Shown here in pieces: positions 1-10,063 of a stretch of 53,269 nt of DNA. This DNA is from a virus. Lineage: Duplodnaviria; Caudoviricetes. The DNA lies in the IMG/VR virus record IMGVR_UViG_3300022752_000099, positions 1-53,269 of that record; one strand, 5' to 3'. Every line of letters begins with the position of its first letter. The stretch's first letter is position 1. Position numbers and translations under genes: made by a program. Under the pieces are notes generated by a model. That model made no database searches. It saw nothing but the letters and a program-made list of their open reading frames with translations, and was not told the DNA's origin.

Positions 1-18
1 ACTTAACGTGTTACGATA

Positions 19-651
19 ATGAGTAGATTGAAAATTTATTATCCGGATTGGCAGATCACCAAAAATTTATATACGAATGGTGGGGAATATACTACTGAGG
101 ATGGTATTGAGTATGTAGGATACTATCATAAATACACGACCGGCGAAGTGTATTCAGAATCCAATTGGTCTCCGTTAAATTCAATCAAATTGAAGACCTT
201 GTCTGCAAATCGACCTGTAGTCAATACTGTATATGAAAACATCAAATCAATTTCAATAGACGAATTGAAAGCGCCACTTGCTTATTCACCTATATTATCA
301 ATTGATGATTATTACAACGGTGATTTTAACAGATATTTTGTAGTTAGAAGAAACAATCTCAATCAAATTGTAGAAGTGAATAAGACTGAATTTGATAAAC
401 TTTCAAATAGTAGAGGAGTTGATGGCAATTTGTATACAGGTCTAATAATCAATTGGAAATTAACCGGCCCTCGTAATGATGTTTATGAAAATTCAACTCT
501 TGTAGAGAAAGGTGTAATAGATCAAAATATCAGATCCATTCAAGCTACTAGAAAGTACGCTTCAAGTATGTTCACTTATTTGACGGATATGTTGGAGTAT
601 TCAATATATTGGCCGTTAACGTCTGAAGAAATCAAAAAGAAATTTGTATAA
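19..651 (+). CDS. hypothetical phage protein (210 aa)
   Basis: Long ORF from ATG; no recognisable motif. Confidence 0.7.
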   Translation: MSRLKIYYPDWQITKNLYTNGGEYTTEDGIEYVGYYHKYTTGEVYSESNWSPLNSIKLKTLSANRPVVNTVYENIKSISIDELKAPLAYSPILSIDDYYNGDFNRYFVVRRNNLNQIVEVNKTEFDKLSNSRGVDGNLYTGLIINWKLTGPRNDVYENSTLVEKGVIDQNIRSIQATRKYASSMFTYLTDMLEYSIYWPLTSEEIKKKFV

Positions 652-674
652 TTGAATCGTATTTGATATATTTA
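643..674 (+). promoter_or_regulatory. Bacteroidota-type promoter TTTG-N20-TATATTTA
   Basis: TTTG 643-646, TATATTTA 667-674, 10 nt before the PolA-like ATG; same spacing recurs elsewhere. Confidence 0.55.
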
Positions 675-684
675 CAGTGTAAAT

Positions 685-2028
685 ATGTTGATATTAGATA
701 CTCTAGAATCGTACAATCAATTTAAATCAGATTATTCAACTTATGATTGGTTCATATTACCGGTGTATGAAAGCGGTAATGTTCCAGTACATACTGATTC
801 AATTAGTATATTGTACGTTTACGTTATATTGAAAGATGTTACTGCAATAGTGGTAATCAATCATACTGAATCTATAAACAATATACCAATCAATCAAATT
901 GACTTTCCATTACTTAACAATTGTTATGTATATGAAATGAAAGCGTTCATGTCCAAGAAATATCAAAGCAATTTCATAGACATAGACCTCATCAAATACT
1001 TTAAAGAAAACACTATTTTCGAAGACAGTTACGATACCTCAGCTCATATATGGTTTTCCAAGACGTACGTCAATTTCAAGTACTTAAATACTATCATACC
1101 TATTTACAAACATGTTGAACGATGTGAATTGATTCGAAATGATTTTCTGGAATTGTGGAATGATCCGATTATCAATGACAATTCATTTAAATATTACAAT
1201 GCGTTAATGTTGCCTACATTATACAATATTGAACGCTCCGGTATAGCAGTCAATTCAAACGTATTCAATTCCTTTTTCCCGGGCAAGTCTACATTTGATG
1301 GATTGGTTTATTCAGAATACAATCCTTATACAACCACCTCGAGACCTAGTAACAATTATGATGGTGTAAACTTTGCAGCTTTAAACAAAGAATCGGGAGT
1401 TAGATCATCATTAATTAGTAGATTTGATAACGGGTATTTGGTGAATTTTGATTATGATGCTTATCACATACGATTGATGGCTGGCTTAGTAGGATATGAA
1501 TTTCCTGAAGATATATCAGTACATGAATATTTAGGTAGACTGTATTTCAATACCAATGAACTGACTGAAAGTCAATATGACAAGTCCAAACAAATGTCAT
1601 TCAAACTCATTTACGGTAGCGGTATTCATGAGTATTTGCATATCAATTTCTTTAAAAAGATACATGAATTTACAAAAGCCCTTTGGTCTGAATTCAATTC
1701 AAATTTGAAAATTGAAAGTGCTTTATTCAAACGGCCGTTATGTAAACGATTTTTCACTGACATGAACTCAACAAAGTTATTGAATTATTATCTTCAAAAT
1801 TTTGAAACTGAGAGAAACATGTTGGTATTGTCTAAACTGCTAACGTTGCCGGCAGCATCTAAAACGATTTTATATACTTACGATTCGGTGCTAGTTGATT
1901 TCAATGTAAATGATGGTGCTGAATTTTTGACTGAATACAAAAAAATATTGGAGACCGGTAATTATCCGGTTAAAATTGCTGTAGGTTCTGATTACAATAA
2001 CATGATAAAATATAGTTTACCGGTATAG
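685..2028 (+). CDS. compact family A DNA polymerase-like protein
   Basis: TTTSRPSN (cf. TGRLSS), motif A DYDAYHIRLMA, motif B KQMSFKLIYG, motif C-like YTYDSVLVD. Confidence 0.75.
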   Translation: MLILDTLESYNQFKSDYSTYDWFILPVYESGNVPVHTDSISILYVYVILKDVTAIVVINHTESINNIPINQIDFPLLNNCYVYEMKAFMSKKYQSNFIDIDLIKYFKENTIFEDSYDTSAHIWFSKTYVNFKYLNTIIPIYKHVERCELIRNDFLELWNDPIINDNSFKYYNALMLPTLYNIERSGIAVNSNVFNSFFPGKSTFDGLVYSEYNPYTTTSRPSNNYDGVNFAALNKESGVRSSLISRFDNGYLVNFDYDAYHIRLMAGLVGYEFPEDISVHEYLGRLYFNTNELTESQYDKSKQMSFKLIYGSGIHEYLHINFFKKIHEFTKALWSEFNSNLKIESALFKRPLCKRFFTDMNSTKLLNYYLQNFETERNMLVLSKLLTLPAASKTILYTYDSVLVDFNVNDGAEFLTEYKKILETGNYPVKIAVGSDYNNMIKYSLPV

Positions 2029-2057
2029 AGTCATATATATTTAAAATATATGAATAC

Positions 2058-2429
2058 GTGGTATTACTTGCAACATTTACAATGTTACCAAACTTAGAAA
2101 CTACTGTTGATTTGATTAAAAAATCATATCAGTTACCTAACAATTGTATATTTGTATTGAGTTTGAAAGATCAAGAAGAATTGATTTGTACGTATAATGT
2201 ATCTGATATTGAAATCAAATTGCAAAATACCGTCGCATTACATAGAAAAAAAGAATCCAACACATTATACACGATAAATGCATTGAACGCATTAATCAAA
2301 TCAAAAAATAATGGAATATTGGATATAAAGTACCCGATCAATTGGACCGAATACACAAACTGTTTGTTAGTAACATCAGGTAGTGGTTACAAATCTATTA
2401 CAACTTCTATACACAGCATAATTCGATAA
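2058..2429 (+). CDS. hypothetical phage protein
   Basis: 123-aa ORF with GTG start filling the gap; function unknown. Confidence 0.65.
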   Translation: MVLLATFTMLPNLETTVDLIKKSYQLPNNCIFVLSLKDQEELICTYNVSDIEIKLQNTVALHRKKESNTLYTINALNALIKSKNNGILDIKYPINWTEYTNCLLVTSGSGYKSITTSIHSIIR

Positions 2430-2430
2430 T

Positions 2431-2985
2431 ATGAAATCAATCAAATTGACTGATTTGTTGAAAGAATCACCGTTACATAATGATCCGGGTGAACGTATGG
2501 AACAGGACAACACATACATGTTCTTTCAAAATTTAAAGACTATTCATCATGCAATCGGCCATATGTTACAAATGCCGTCTGATAAAGTATCAAAAGCTTT
2601 AGCTGACGGACATGGTTGGGCACTAGATCACATATCCACTTCTGCTGATGATGTTTCAGAAGTATACAATTTTCTTCAGGCTATCATGTCAGTACATGAA
2701 TCCACTATTACAGAAAGTGAACGATATGGTACTTTATTCAAGGTGAAATTTAAACCTGAATATACCGATTCAACCAATAAACCGCATCCGCCTGTATTGG
2801 TGTATTTATCAAATTCAGATAGAACCAAAATAGGACAATATGCTGCGGTGGATAACATCTTAGGATTGGGTAACACATTGATATCCACACTACCTACTAA
2901 AATTTCTTTAGGGTCTGTGAAATTGGACTCAGTAGATTTATTTAAATTAGTGAAGAGTTTATCGAAAACTAAATTCTATAGGTAG
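2431..2985 (+). CDS. hypothetical protein with IKLTDLLKE N-terminal tag
   Basis: N-terminus resembles the ORFs at 33341 and 33716. Confidence 0.65.
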   Translation: MKSIKLTDLLKESPLHNDPGERMEQDNTYMFFQNLKTIHHAIGHMLQMPSDKVSKALADGHGWALDHISTSADDVSEVYNFLQAIMSVHESTITESERYGTLFKVKFKPEYTDSTNKPHPPVLVYLSNSDRTKIGQYAAVDNILGLGNTLISTLPTKISLGSVKLDSVDLFKLVKSLSKTKFYR

Positions 2986-3196
2986 AAAAAGTAGCACTTA
3001 AACTGCAATAAACTACATTTTACCGTTAGTTATATATATTTATTATAGTGATAAAAAAATATATGTAGCCGTTGAATTTTAATTTTGTTAATTCAATAGT
3101 TACTATTATATTTATCATAAATTAGTTATTAAGTAGTTATCCTAGGCCCAATTACTAAATGCTAATTATTAATTGTTAATTAAAAAATGAAAAACT

Positions 3197-3997
3197 ATGG
3201 CAATCGATTTAAACGCCGTCAAGGCAAAACTACAGGCACTACAATCAAAGACTACAAAACAGAACAATCTTTGGAAGCCTGAACCCGGTACTCATCAAAT
3301 TAGAATTGTACCGTATATTCATAACCCGGGTAATCCTTTTTTGGAACTTTATTTTCACTACAATTTTGTTGGTAAGAACATTCTTTCTCCGGTAACTTTC
3401 GGTAATGCAGATCCTATTGTAGAGTTTGCAGAAAAATTGAAATCAACCGGTAATAAGGATGATTGGAAGATGGGCAAGTCTCTAGAACCGAAAATGCGTT
3501 GTTATGTTCCAATTCTAGTAAGAGGGAAGGAATCAGAAGGTGTTAAATTTTGGGGATTTGGTAAGACTGTATATCAGGAACTTTTAGGATTTATCACTGA
3601 CCCAGATTACGGTGATATCACTGATCCTATGTCAGGACGCGATATTACAGTGGAATTCAAGTCAAAAGAGAATACCGGTAAAGATTATCCTGAAACCTCT
3701 ATTCGAGTTAAACCGAATACAACAGTATTGTCTGATAAGAAAGACATTTTAGCTTTGGTGAAGAATCAACCTAAAATTACTGAATTGTATAAGGAGTATA
3801 CATATGAAGAAATTGAGCAACTATTGGAACAGTGGTTGAATCCAGAAACCAATACTACTCAGGAAACTGCTAGTGCTGAAGTTGAAGCTGAAACTGAAAC
3901 TGCTAAGAAACAGCCTGCTAAAAAGATTGAAGCTCCGACTGCAACTGTCCCGTCAGATGTAGCCGCTGCATTCGATGATCTATTCAAGAAAAAATAA
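3197..3997 (+). CDS. single-stranded DNA-binding protein, T4 gp32-like
   Basis: WKP...IRIVP, GVKFWGFGKTVYQEL, DITDPMSGRDITV, acidic low-complexity tail ending AFDDLF; directly upstream of recA. Confidence 0.8.
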   Translation: MAIDLNAVKAKLQALQSKTTKQNNLWKPEPGTHQIRIVPYIHNPGNPFLELYFHYNFVGKNILSPVTFGNADPIVEFAEKLKSTGNKDDWKMGKSLEPKMRCYVPILVRGKESEGVKFWGFGKTVYQELLGFITDPDYGDITDPMSGRDITVEFKSKENTGKDYPETSIRVKPNTTVLSDKKDILALVKNQPKITELYKEYTYEEIEQLLEQWLNPETNTTQETASAEVEAETETAKKQPAKKIEAPTATVPSDVAAAFDDLFKKK

Positions 3998-4003
3998 GAT
4001 AAT

Positions 4004-5155
4004 ATGGCCAAAAAAGATAAAGAGCCTGGAGTATTACAGGATGAATTGGCGTCCACGTTGGCGACCAATTTAAATAAGAAGTTTAAAGAATCACATTCAA
4101 AAGTTGCTTACTTTCTAGATGGCGACTCTGATTCTCCTTCCGAAGTAACTGATTGGGTATCAACCGGCTCTACATCATTGGATTTGGCAGTATCTAATAG
4201 ACCTAACGGAGGTTGGCCGGTAGGCCGTATTGTAGAATTGACAGGGCTAGAAGCTGCCGGGAAATCACTCCTGGCGGCTCATGCCTTGGCTAATACTCAG
4301 AAAAAGAATGGTATCGGGGTGTATATTGACACTGAATCAGCAATTAACAGTGAATTTTTATCTGCTATTGGTGTTGATTTAAAGAAGATGTTGTATGTAC
4401 CGTTAGAAACTATTGAAGATATTTTTGAAAGTATTGAATCTATAATTGAAACCGTACGAAAAGGGAACAAAGATACTGTAATAACCATAGTAGTAGATTC
4501 TGTTGCAGGTGCATCCACTAAAGTAGAAATGGCCGCCGACTTTGATAAAGACGGTTACAATACCAGTAAAGCAATTCTATTATCTAAAGCAATGCGTAAG
4601 ATAACCAATTTGATTGCAAAAGAGAAAATTCTAGTTATTTTTACCAATCAGTTGAGATCGAAGATGAATGCTATGGCTTTTGCAGATCCTTATACGACTG
4701 CCGGTGGTAAAGCAATTGCATATCACTCTAGCGTTCGAATTCGATTAGCGCCTAATGGTCAAATTAAAGGAAAACGCAATGGTAAAGAAGACGTTTTAGG
4801 TATCAAGACTGTAGCAAAAGTAATTAAAAACAGAATGGGTCCGCCTCTTCGTACTGCTAAGTTTGATATCTATTTTGATAGAGGTATTGACGATGAAACT
4901 TCTTTATTGGAATTGTTGAAAGAATTACAGATTGCTGATAGTACCGGAGCATGGTATGTATTGGTAGATCCTTCAACCGGTGAAACTTTAGATTTGAAAT
5001 TTCAAGCGAAAACTTTCAAGTCTATTGTATTGGATAATCCGGAAATTTACTCAAAAGTGAAACAGTGGGTTTATGATCGATATATAGTCAAGTATAAAGA
5101 TTCGCTTGATTCTGATGTTGAAATTATTCACTCTGATTCTATAATAGAAGAATAG
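4004..5155 (+). CDS. recA: RecA/UvsX recombinase
   Basis: STGSTSLD, GRIVELTGLEAAGKS Walker A, YIDTE, VVDSVA, IFTNQLR, TAGGKAIAYHSSVRI, KVIKNR. Confidence 0.95.
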   Translation: MAKKDKEPGVLQDELASTLATNLNKKFKESHSKVAYFLDGDSDSPSEVTDWVSTGSTSLDLAVSNRPNGGWPVGRIVELTGLEAAGKSLLAAHALANTQKKNGIGVYIDTESAINSEFLSAIGVDLKKMLYVPLETIEDIFESIESIIETVRKGNKDTVITIVVDSVAGASTKVEMAADFDKDGYNTSKAILLSKAMRKITNLIAKEKILVIFTNQLRSKMNAMAFADPYTTAGGKAIAYHSSVRIRLAPNGQIKGKRNGKEDVLGIKTVAKVIKNRMGPPLRTAKFDIYFDRGIDDETSLLELLKELQIADSTGAWYVLVDPSTGETLDLKFQAKTFKSIVLDNPEIYSKVKQWVYDRYIVKYKDSLDSDVEIIHSDSIIEE

Positions 5156-5156
5156 T

Positions 5157-6236
5157 ATGATTAAACCTAAACATTACATTTCTTTACTTAAAGAAGTTAC
5201 AGATCAGAAACAACAAAACTCAATGGAAGGTGTTAATGATCGACCGTTGATAGTAGATGCATTGAACAGTTACATTCGAGTTTTTTCGGCAGTACCGGCA
5301 GTAAATGAACATGGTGATCACATTGGTGGAGTCTCCGGATTTCTTCGTTCAATTGCATGGGTTGTTAGAATGATCAAACCTACTCGATTGATATTGGTAT
5401 TTGACGGTAAAGGTGGATCAATCAGAAGAAAAGATTTGTATTCTGATTACAAGTCCGGTAGAACGGTCAATACCAAATTCAATAGACCAGATCACATTAC
5501 AATTGATGTGGATCAGGAACTTCGTAATATGAGTAAACAGTTGGTTAGATTAAGTGAATACCTAGACACACTGCCTATTACAGTTATTTCTATTGATAAT
5601 GTAGAAGCTGACGACGTAATTGCATACATGGTCACCAATGTGTTCAATGAATCTAAACATGTTACGGTAATGTCAGATGATAAAGACTTCTTGCAATTAA
5701 TCAAAGATAATGTATACGTGTGGAGACCGATTCAAAAAGTATTGTATACGCCTAAACACGTTTTAGATTCTTTCGGAGTACCTCCACACAATTACATTAT
5801 TTACAAGATAATGGCCGGAGACGCTTCAGACAATATTAAAGGAGTGTATGGTATCGGTAAAAATTCTTTAGTGAAATTGTACCCAGAACTTTTAAGTGAT
5901 ACTCCTATGAGTGTGGATGAATTGATAGAAATCACTAAAATTAAATCGCAGCATTCGAAAAGAGTCAAGTACAATAACATTTTGGAATCTATTGATCAAA
6001 TCAAACTCAATTTCAAATTGATGCAACTTTCTGATGTAGACATATCCGGTGCAATCAAATCCAATATTCGAGACATTTTGAATCGACCAATTCAATTGAT
6101 GGATCGACCTAAATTCAAGTTTCTATTGGCACAGGATGCAGCATTTAATGTGTTTACGAATCCGGACGGTTGGTTATTGGAAAGTTTCAATTACTTAAAT
6201 GCTAAGGCCGCAGAATTTAATTCCACGGTTTCATAG
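5157..6236 (+). CDS. 5'-3' exonuclease / flap endonuclease (T4 RNase H-like)
   Basis: LVFDG, EADDVIA, SDDKDFLQL, GDASDNIKGVYGIG helix-3-turn-helix. Confidence 0.92.
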   Translation: MIKPKHYISLLKEVTDQKQQNSMEGVNDRPLIVDALNSYIRVFSAVPAVNEHGDHIGGVSGFLRSIAWVVRMIKPTRLILVFDGKGGSIRRKDLYSDYKSGRTVNTKFNRPDHITIDVDQELRNMSKQLVRLSEYLDTLPITVISIDNVEADDVIAYMVTNVFNESKHVTVMSDDKDFLQLIKDNVYVWRPIQKVLYTPKHVLDSFGVPPHNYIIYKIMAGDASDNIKGVYGIGKNSLVKLYPELLSDTPMSVDELIEITKIKSQHSKRVKYNNILESIDQIKLNFKLMQLSDVDISGAIKSNIRDILNRPIQLMDRPKFKFLLAQDAAFNVFTNPDGWLLESFNYLNAKAAEFNSTVS

Positions 6237-6262
6237 TTTTTTAGTTTGGTTATGTTATATTT

Positions 6263-6293
6263 AATGCACGGGTATTAATCCGTGCATTTTTTT
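6263..6293 (+). terminator. intrinsic terminator-like hairpin
   Basis: AATGCACGG-8 nt loop-CCGTGCATT followed by a T run. Confidence 0.55.
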
Positions 6294-6311
6294 ACTAAAA
6301 GAGATGATGTT

Positions 6312-7676
6312 ATGACAGATAGATTGAGCGCATATGGTTCTAGTTTTCAATTGAAAATCATTTCGGCGATATTAGGTGATAGGTTGTATTTGCAACAAAT
6401 ATCTGATATCATGAAGCCGGAATATTTTGAAAGTGAAGCTACTAGTTGGATAGTGAAACAAACTCTAGAATATTTTGAGCAGTATAAAAGTCCACCTAGT
6501 ATAGACGTATTCAAGTCTAAAACAATGTCCATTTCCAGAGACGTATTGCAATTGGCTATTGTAGAAGCGTTACGTGAAGTGGTAAGATTTATGGATTCAG
6601 ATGATTTACAGTTCGTTAAAGATGAAACGTTGCGATTCTGTAAAAATCAATGCATTAAGAAAGCTATATTGGAATCAGTTGAAGATTTGAAATTGGGTAG
6701 ATATGATGATATCAAATTGAAGATTGACACTGCAATGAAAGCCGGTGAAGCAGTTTATACCGGATACGATTATGTGGATACAGTTGAAAGTAGATATACA
6801 GAGTTGGTTAGAAATTGCATTCCGACTCCTTGGCCTGTAGTTAATGATTTGTTAGGTGGCGGTGCTGCTAAAGGTGAACTCGTAGTATTTGTTGCCGGTC
6901 CTGGTGCCGGTAAGTCCACTTCATTGATTAATGTAGGCGCTGAAGCGTTGAGAAAAGGTAAGGTTGTAGTTCATTATACTTTGGAATTGTATGAGCCGTA
7001 TGTGGCTCAAAGATATGATGCTGTTATCAGTGGTATAGCAACTCAAGATTTAAAGTATCATATTTCTGATATCAAATCAGTTCTTAGTAAATTACCGGGT
7101 AAACTTGAACTACAATATTATCCTACAAAGACAGCCTCATGTAATACAATTCGAGCTCACTTAGGTAAATTGAAATTGGCAGGAGTCAATCCAGATTTAC
7201 TAATAGTAGATTATGCAGATTTGTTACGAGTTTCCGGTAGAGCTTCCGACTCCAAGCATATTGATTTGGAAAACATTTATGAAGATTTACGAGGTGTTGC
7301 TGGTGAATTTGAAGTGCCAATTTATACTGCGAGCCAAGCCGGTAGACAGAGTGCGGAATCGGATGTAGTTCAAGGTGAACACGTTGCCGGAGCATTTGCA
7401 AAAATCATGATTGCGGATGCAGTTATATCATTGTCTAGAAAAGTTTCTGATAAAATATCTGGAACCGGTAGATTCTTCTTTATTAAAAATAGATTCGGCC
7501 CGGACGGTATCACATTACCCAGTAGATTGAACATGTCGAATGGACAGTTTCAAATATTTGAAGAAACCTCAGTACAAGGAACTGAAACTAAAAAAGTGAT
7601 AGCAAATGGTGCTGATGTGGTTAGACAAACTTTGGCACAAAAATATAAAGAAATTAATGGGGGATCGTTAGGTTGA
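6312..7676 (+). CDS. replicative DnaB-family helicase (T4 gp41-like)
   Basis: AGPGAGKS Walker A, HYTLEL, IVDYADLL, YTASQ, IKNRFGPDG; ATG at 6312 preferred over the upstream GTG. Confidence 0.92.
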   Translation: MTDRLSAYGSSFQLKIISAILGDRLYLQQISDIMKPEYFESEATSWIVKQTLEYFEQYKSPPSIDVFKSKTMSISRDVLQLAIVEALREVVRFMDSDDLQFVKDETLRFCKNQCIKKAILESVEDLKLGRYDDIKLKIDTAMKAGEAVYTGYDYVDTVESRYTELVRNCIPTPWPVVNDLLGGGAAKGELVVFVAGPGAGKSTSLINVGAEALRKGKVVVHYTLELYEPYVAQRYDAVISGIATQDLKYHISDIKSVLSKLPGKLELQYYPTKTASCNTIRAHLGKLKLAGVNPDLLIVDYADLLRVSGRASDSKHIDLENIYEDLRGVAGEFEVPIYTASQAGRQSAESDVVQGEHVAGAFAKIMIADAVISLSRKVSDKISGTGRFFFIKNRFGPDGITLPSRLNMSNGQFQIFEETSVQGTETKKVIANGADVVRQTLAQKYKEINGGSLG

Positions 7677-7717
7677 CATATTTATCTATCCCTAATAATA
7701 TTAACATCATAAACTAT

Positions 7718-9580
7718 ATGGAACTATCAAACAAAATTTTAAGTGATCTTACGGTGTACATGAAGTATGCTAGATTTGTACCGGAGATAAACAGACGTGA
7801 ATCGTGGCATGAATTGGTAACTAGAAACAAGGAAATGCACTTGAAGCGTTACCCGAATTTAGAAGCGGAAATTGAAGCTGCTTATCAACTCGTATATGAT
7901 AGGAAGGTACTTCCTTCAATGCGAAGTCTTCAATTTGGAGGTAAACCAATTCAAATTTCTCCGAATAGAATTTACAATTGTGCTTATTTGCCGATTGACG
8001 ATTGGAGATCATTCAGTGAAATCATGTTTCTTCTTTTAGGTGGAACAGGTGTCGGCTACTCAGTACAAACGCATCACGTAGATCAACTACCGGAAATTCA
8101 TAAACCGAACCCTACAAAACATAGAAGGTATTTGATTGGAGATTCAATTGAAGGTTGGGCTGATGCAGTGAAAGTGTTGATGAAATCTTATTTTCAAGGA
8201 GGACCGACAGTAAATTTCGATTTTCAAGACATTCGACCGAAGGGAGCTCGATTAATTACTTCCGGCGGTAAAGCTCCTGGACCGCAACCGCTTAGAGAAT
8301 GTTTAATTAAAATTCAAGGAATTCTAGAAAACAAATCGAACGGCGACAAATTGAGTTCAATTGAAGTGCATGACATTGTATGTAACATTGCTGATGCTGT
8401 ATTAGCCGGTGGAATTCGTAGAGCTGCTTTGATTTGTCTGTTTAGTGCAGATGACAATGACATGATTTCCTGCAAGTCAGGTGCTTGGTGGGAAATGAAT
8501 CCACAAAGAGGTAGAGCGAACAATTCCGCAGTATTGTTACGTAATAAGATTACTAAAGAGTTTTTCATGGATCTTTGGGAGAAAATTAAAAATTCCGGAT
8601 CCGGTGAGCCTGGTATTTATTTTAACAATGATAAAGATTGGGGAACTAATCCTTGTTGTGAAATTGCTTTAAGACCATTTCAATTCTGTAATCTATGTGA
8701 AGTGAATGTGTCTGATGTGGAATCGCAGGAAGACCTGAATGCTAGAGTTCGTGCTGCAGCACTAATAGGAACCCTTCAGGCGGGCTATACTGATTTTCAT
8801 TACCTTAGACCTATTTGGAAGAGAACTACAGAGAAAGAAGCTCTAATAGGTGTTGGAATGACGGGTATTGGTTCTGATAAAGTACAGAAATTGAATTTGA
8901 AAGAAGCTGCTGAATGCGTAGTAGATGAAAATAAAAAGATTGCCGGTTTAATTGGTATCAATACGGCAGCAAGATGTACCACTATCAAACCATCAGGTAC
9001 CAGTTCATTGGTATTGGGTACATCATCAGGAATTCACGCGTGGCATAATGATTATTACATTCGTAGAATTAGAGTAGGTAAAAATGAATCTATTTACACT
9101 CATTTAGCAATTCATCATCCGGAACTCGTTAAAGATGAATATTTTAGACCTCACGATACTGCGGTTATTGAAATTCCTCAGAAATCACCTGAAGGTTCAA
9201 TATTAAGAACCGAGTCTGCTATGCAATTGTTAGAGCGAGTCAAATTCTTCTATCAAAATTGGATTTTACCTGGACATATATCCGGTCAAAATACTCATAA
9301 CATTTCTGCTACTATTTCAATTAAGCCGGAAGAATGGGACCTAGTAGGTGATTGGATGTTTGAAAACAGAAATTTCTATAATGGTTTGTCTGTACTACCT
9401 TATTCAGATCATACCTATATTCAAGCTCCCTTTGAAGATTGTACTGAAGAAGTGTACAATGATATGATGAAACAATTGACTCAATTGGATTTGAGTACTG
9501 TTATTGAGTTTGATGATATGACCGATCAAAAAGGTGAAGCTGCTTGTGCCGGAGGTGCTTGTACTGTTGAATCATTCTAA
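7718..9580 (+). CDS. nrdJ: class II (B12-dependent) ribonucleotide reductase
   Basis: PSMRSLQFGG, YNCAY, GGIRRAA, TNPCCEI, TTIKPSGT, C-terminal CAGGAC; no beta subunit adjacent. Confidence 0.88.
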   Translation: MELSNKILSDLTVYMKYARFVPEINRRESWHELVTRNKEMHLKRYPNLEAEIEAAYQLVYDRKVLPSMRSLQFGGKPIQISPNRIYNCAYLPIDDWRSFSEIMFLLLGGTGVGYSVQTHHVDQLPEIHKPNPTKHRRYLIGDSIEGWADAVKVLMKSYFQGGPTVNFDFQDIRPKGARLITSGGKAPGPQPLRECLIKIQGILENKSNGDKLSSIEVHDIVCNIADAVLAGGIRRAALICLFSADDNDMISCKSGAWWEMNPQRGRANNSAVLLRNKITKEFFMDLWEKIKNSGSGEPGIYFNNDKDWGTNPCCEIALRPFQFCNLCEVNVSDVESQEDLNARVRAAALIGTLQAGYTDFHYLRPIWKRTTEKEALIGVGMTGIGSDKVQKLNLKEAAECVVDENKKIAGLIGINTAARCTTIKPSGTSSLVLGTSSGIHAWHNDYYIRRIRVGKNESIYTHLAIHHPELVKDEYFRPHDTAVIEIPQKSPEGSILRTESAMQLLERVKFFYQNWILPGHISGQNTHNISATISIKPEEWDLVGDWMFENRNFYNGLSVLPYSDHTYIQAPFEDCTEEVYNDMMKQLTQLDLSTVIEFDDMTDQKGEAACAGGACTVESF

Positions 9581-9804
9581 TGAGCTCAAAATTGTATTAT
9601 TTCGAGAATGATAAGTTGGTATTCACACCAGAATATCACATTGAACGAGGTTACTGTTGCGGGTCAGGTTGTCGACATTGTCCGTATGACCCGCAGCATA
9701 CTCGTAACAATAAAAAATTGAATCAGTTCTATTTGAAATCCAATATTGAATCAACAATCAACTCCATAAACAATGACTCAATGGATGTCGACCAATTTAA
9801 TTGA
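9580..9804 (+). CDS. small Cys-rich protein (DUF5522-like)
   Basis: RGYCCGSGCRHCPY motif. Confidence 0.7.
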   Translation: MSSKLYYFENDKLVFTPEYHIERGYCCGSGCRHCPYDPQHTRNNKKLNQFYLKSNIESTINSINNDSMDVDQFN

Positions 9805-10015
9805 TTTGCACGGTGTAAAACATGCTGATGTGGAACCTGAACTGTTAAATTGGATTCATTTTCAACGATTGCCGGTAACAGTTATTACAGGTAACAGTGT
9901 AAAAATGAAAGACATTGTTAAGAAAATTTTAACTGAAGCCGGCTATTCCTACATTGAAGGTGACAATTACAATCAAGGATGTATAAAAGTAACTTGTTAC
10001 AATATCAAGTACTAA
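9773..10015 (+). CDS. stand-alone Smr-domain-like protein
   Basis: IDLHG...VITG...NQG pattern; start could be 9785. Confidence 0.6.
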   Translation: MTQWMSTNLIDLHGVKHADVEPELLNWIHFQRLPVTVITGNSVKMKDIVKKILTEAGYSYIEGDNYNQGCIKVTCYNIKY

Positions 10016-10063
10016 ATACTGTATTTATATTCGAAAATTAGATATTTATTAAAAAAGTATAAA

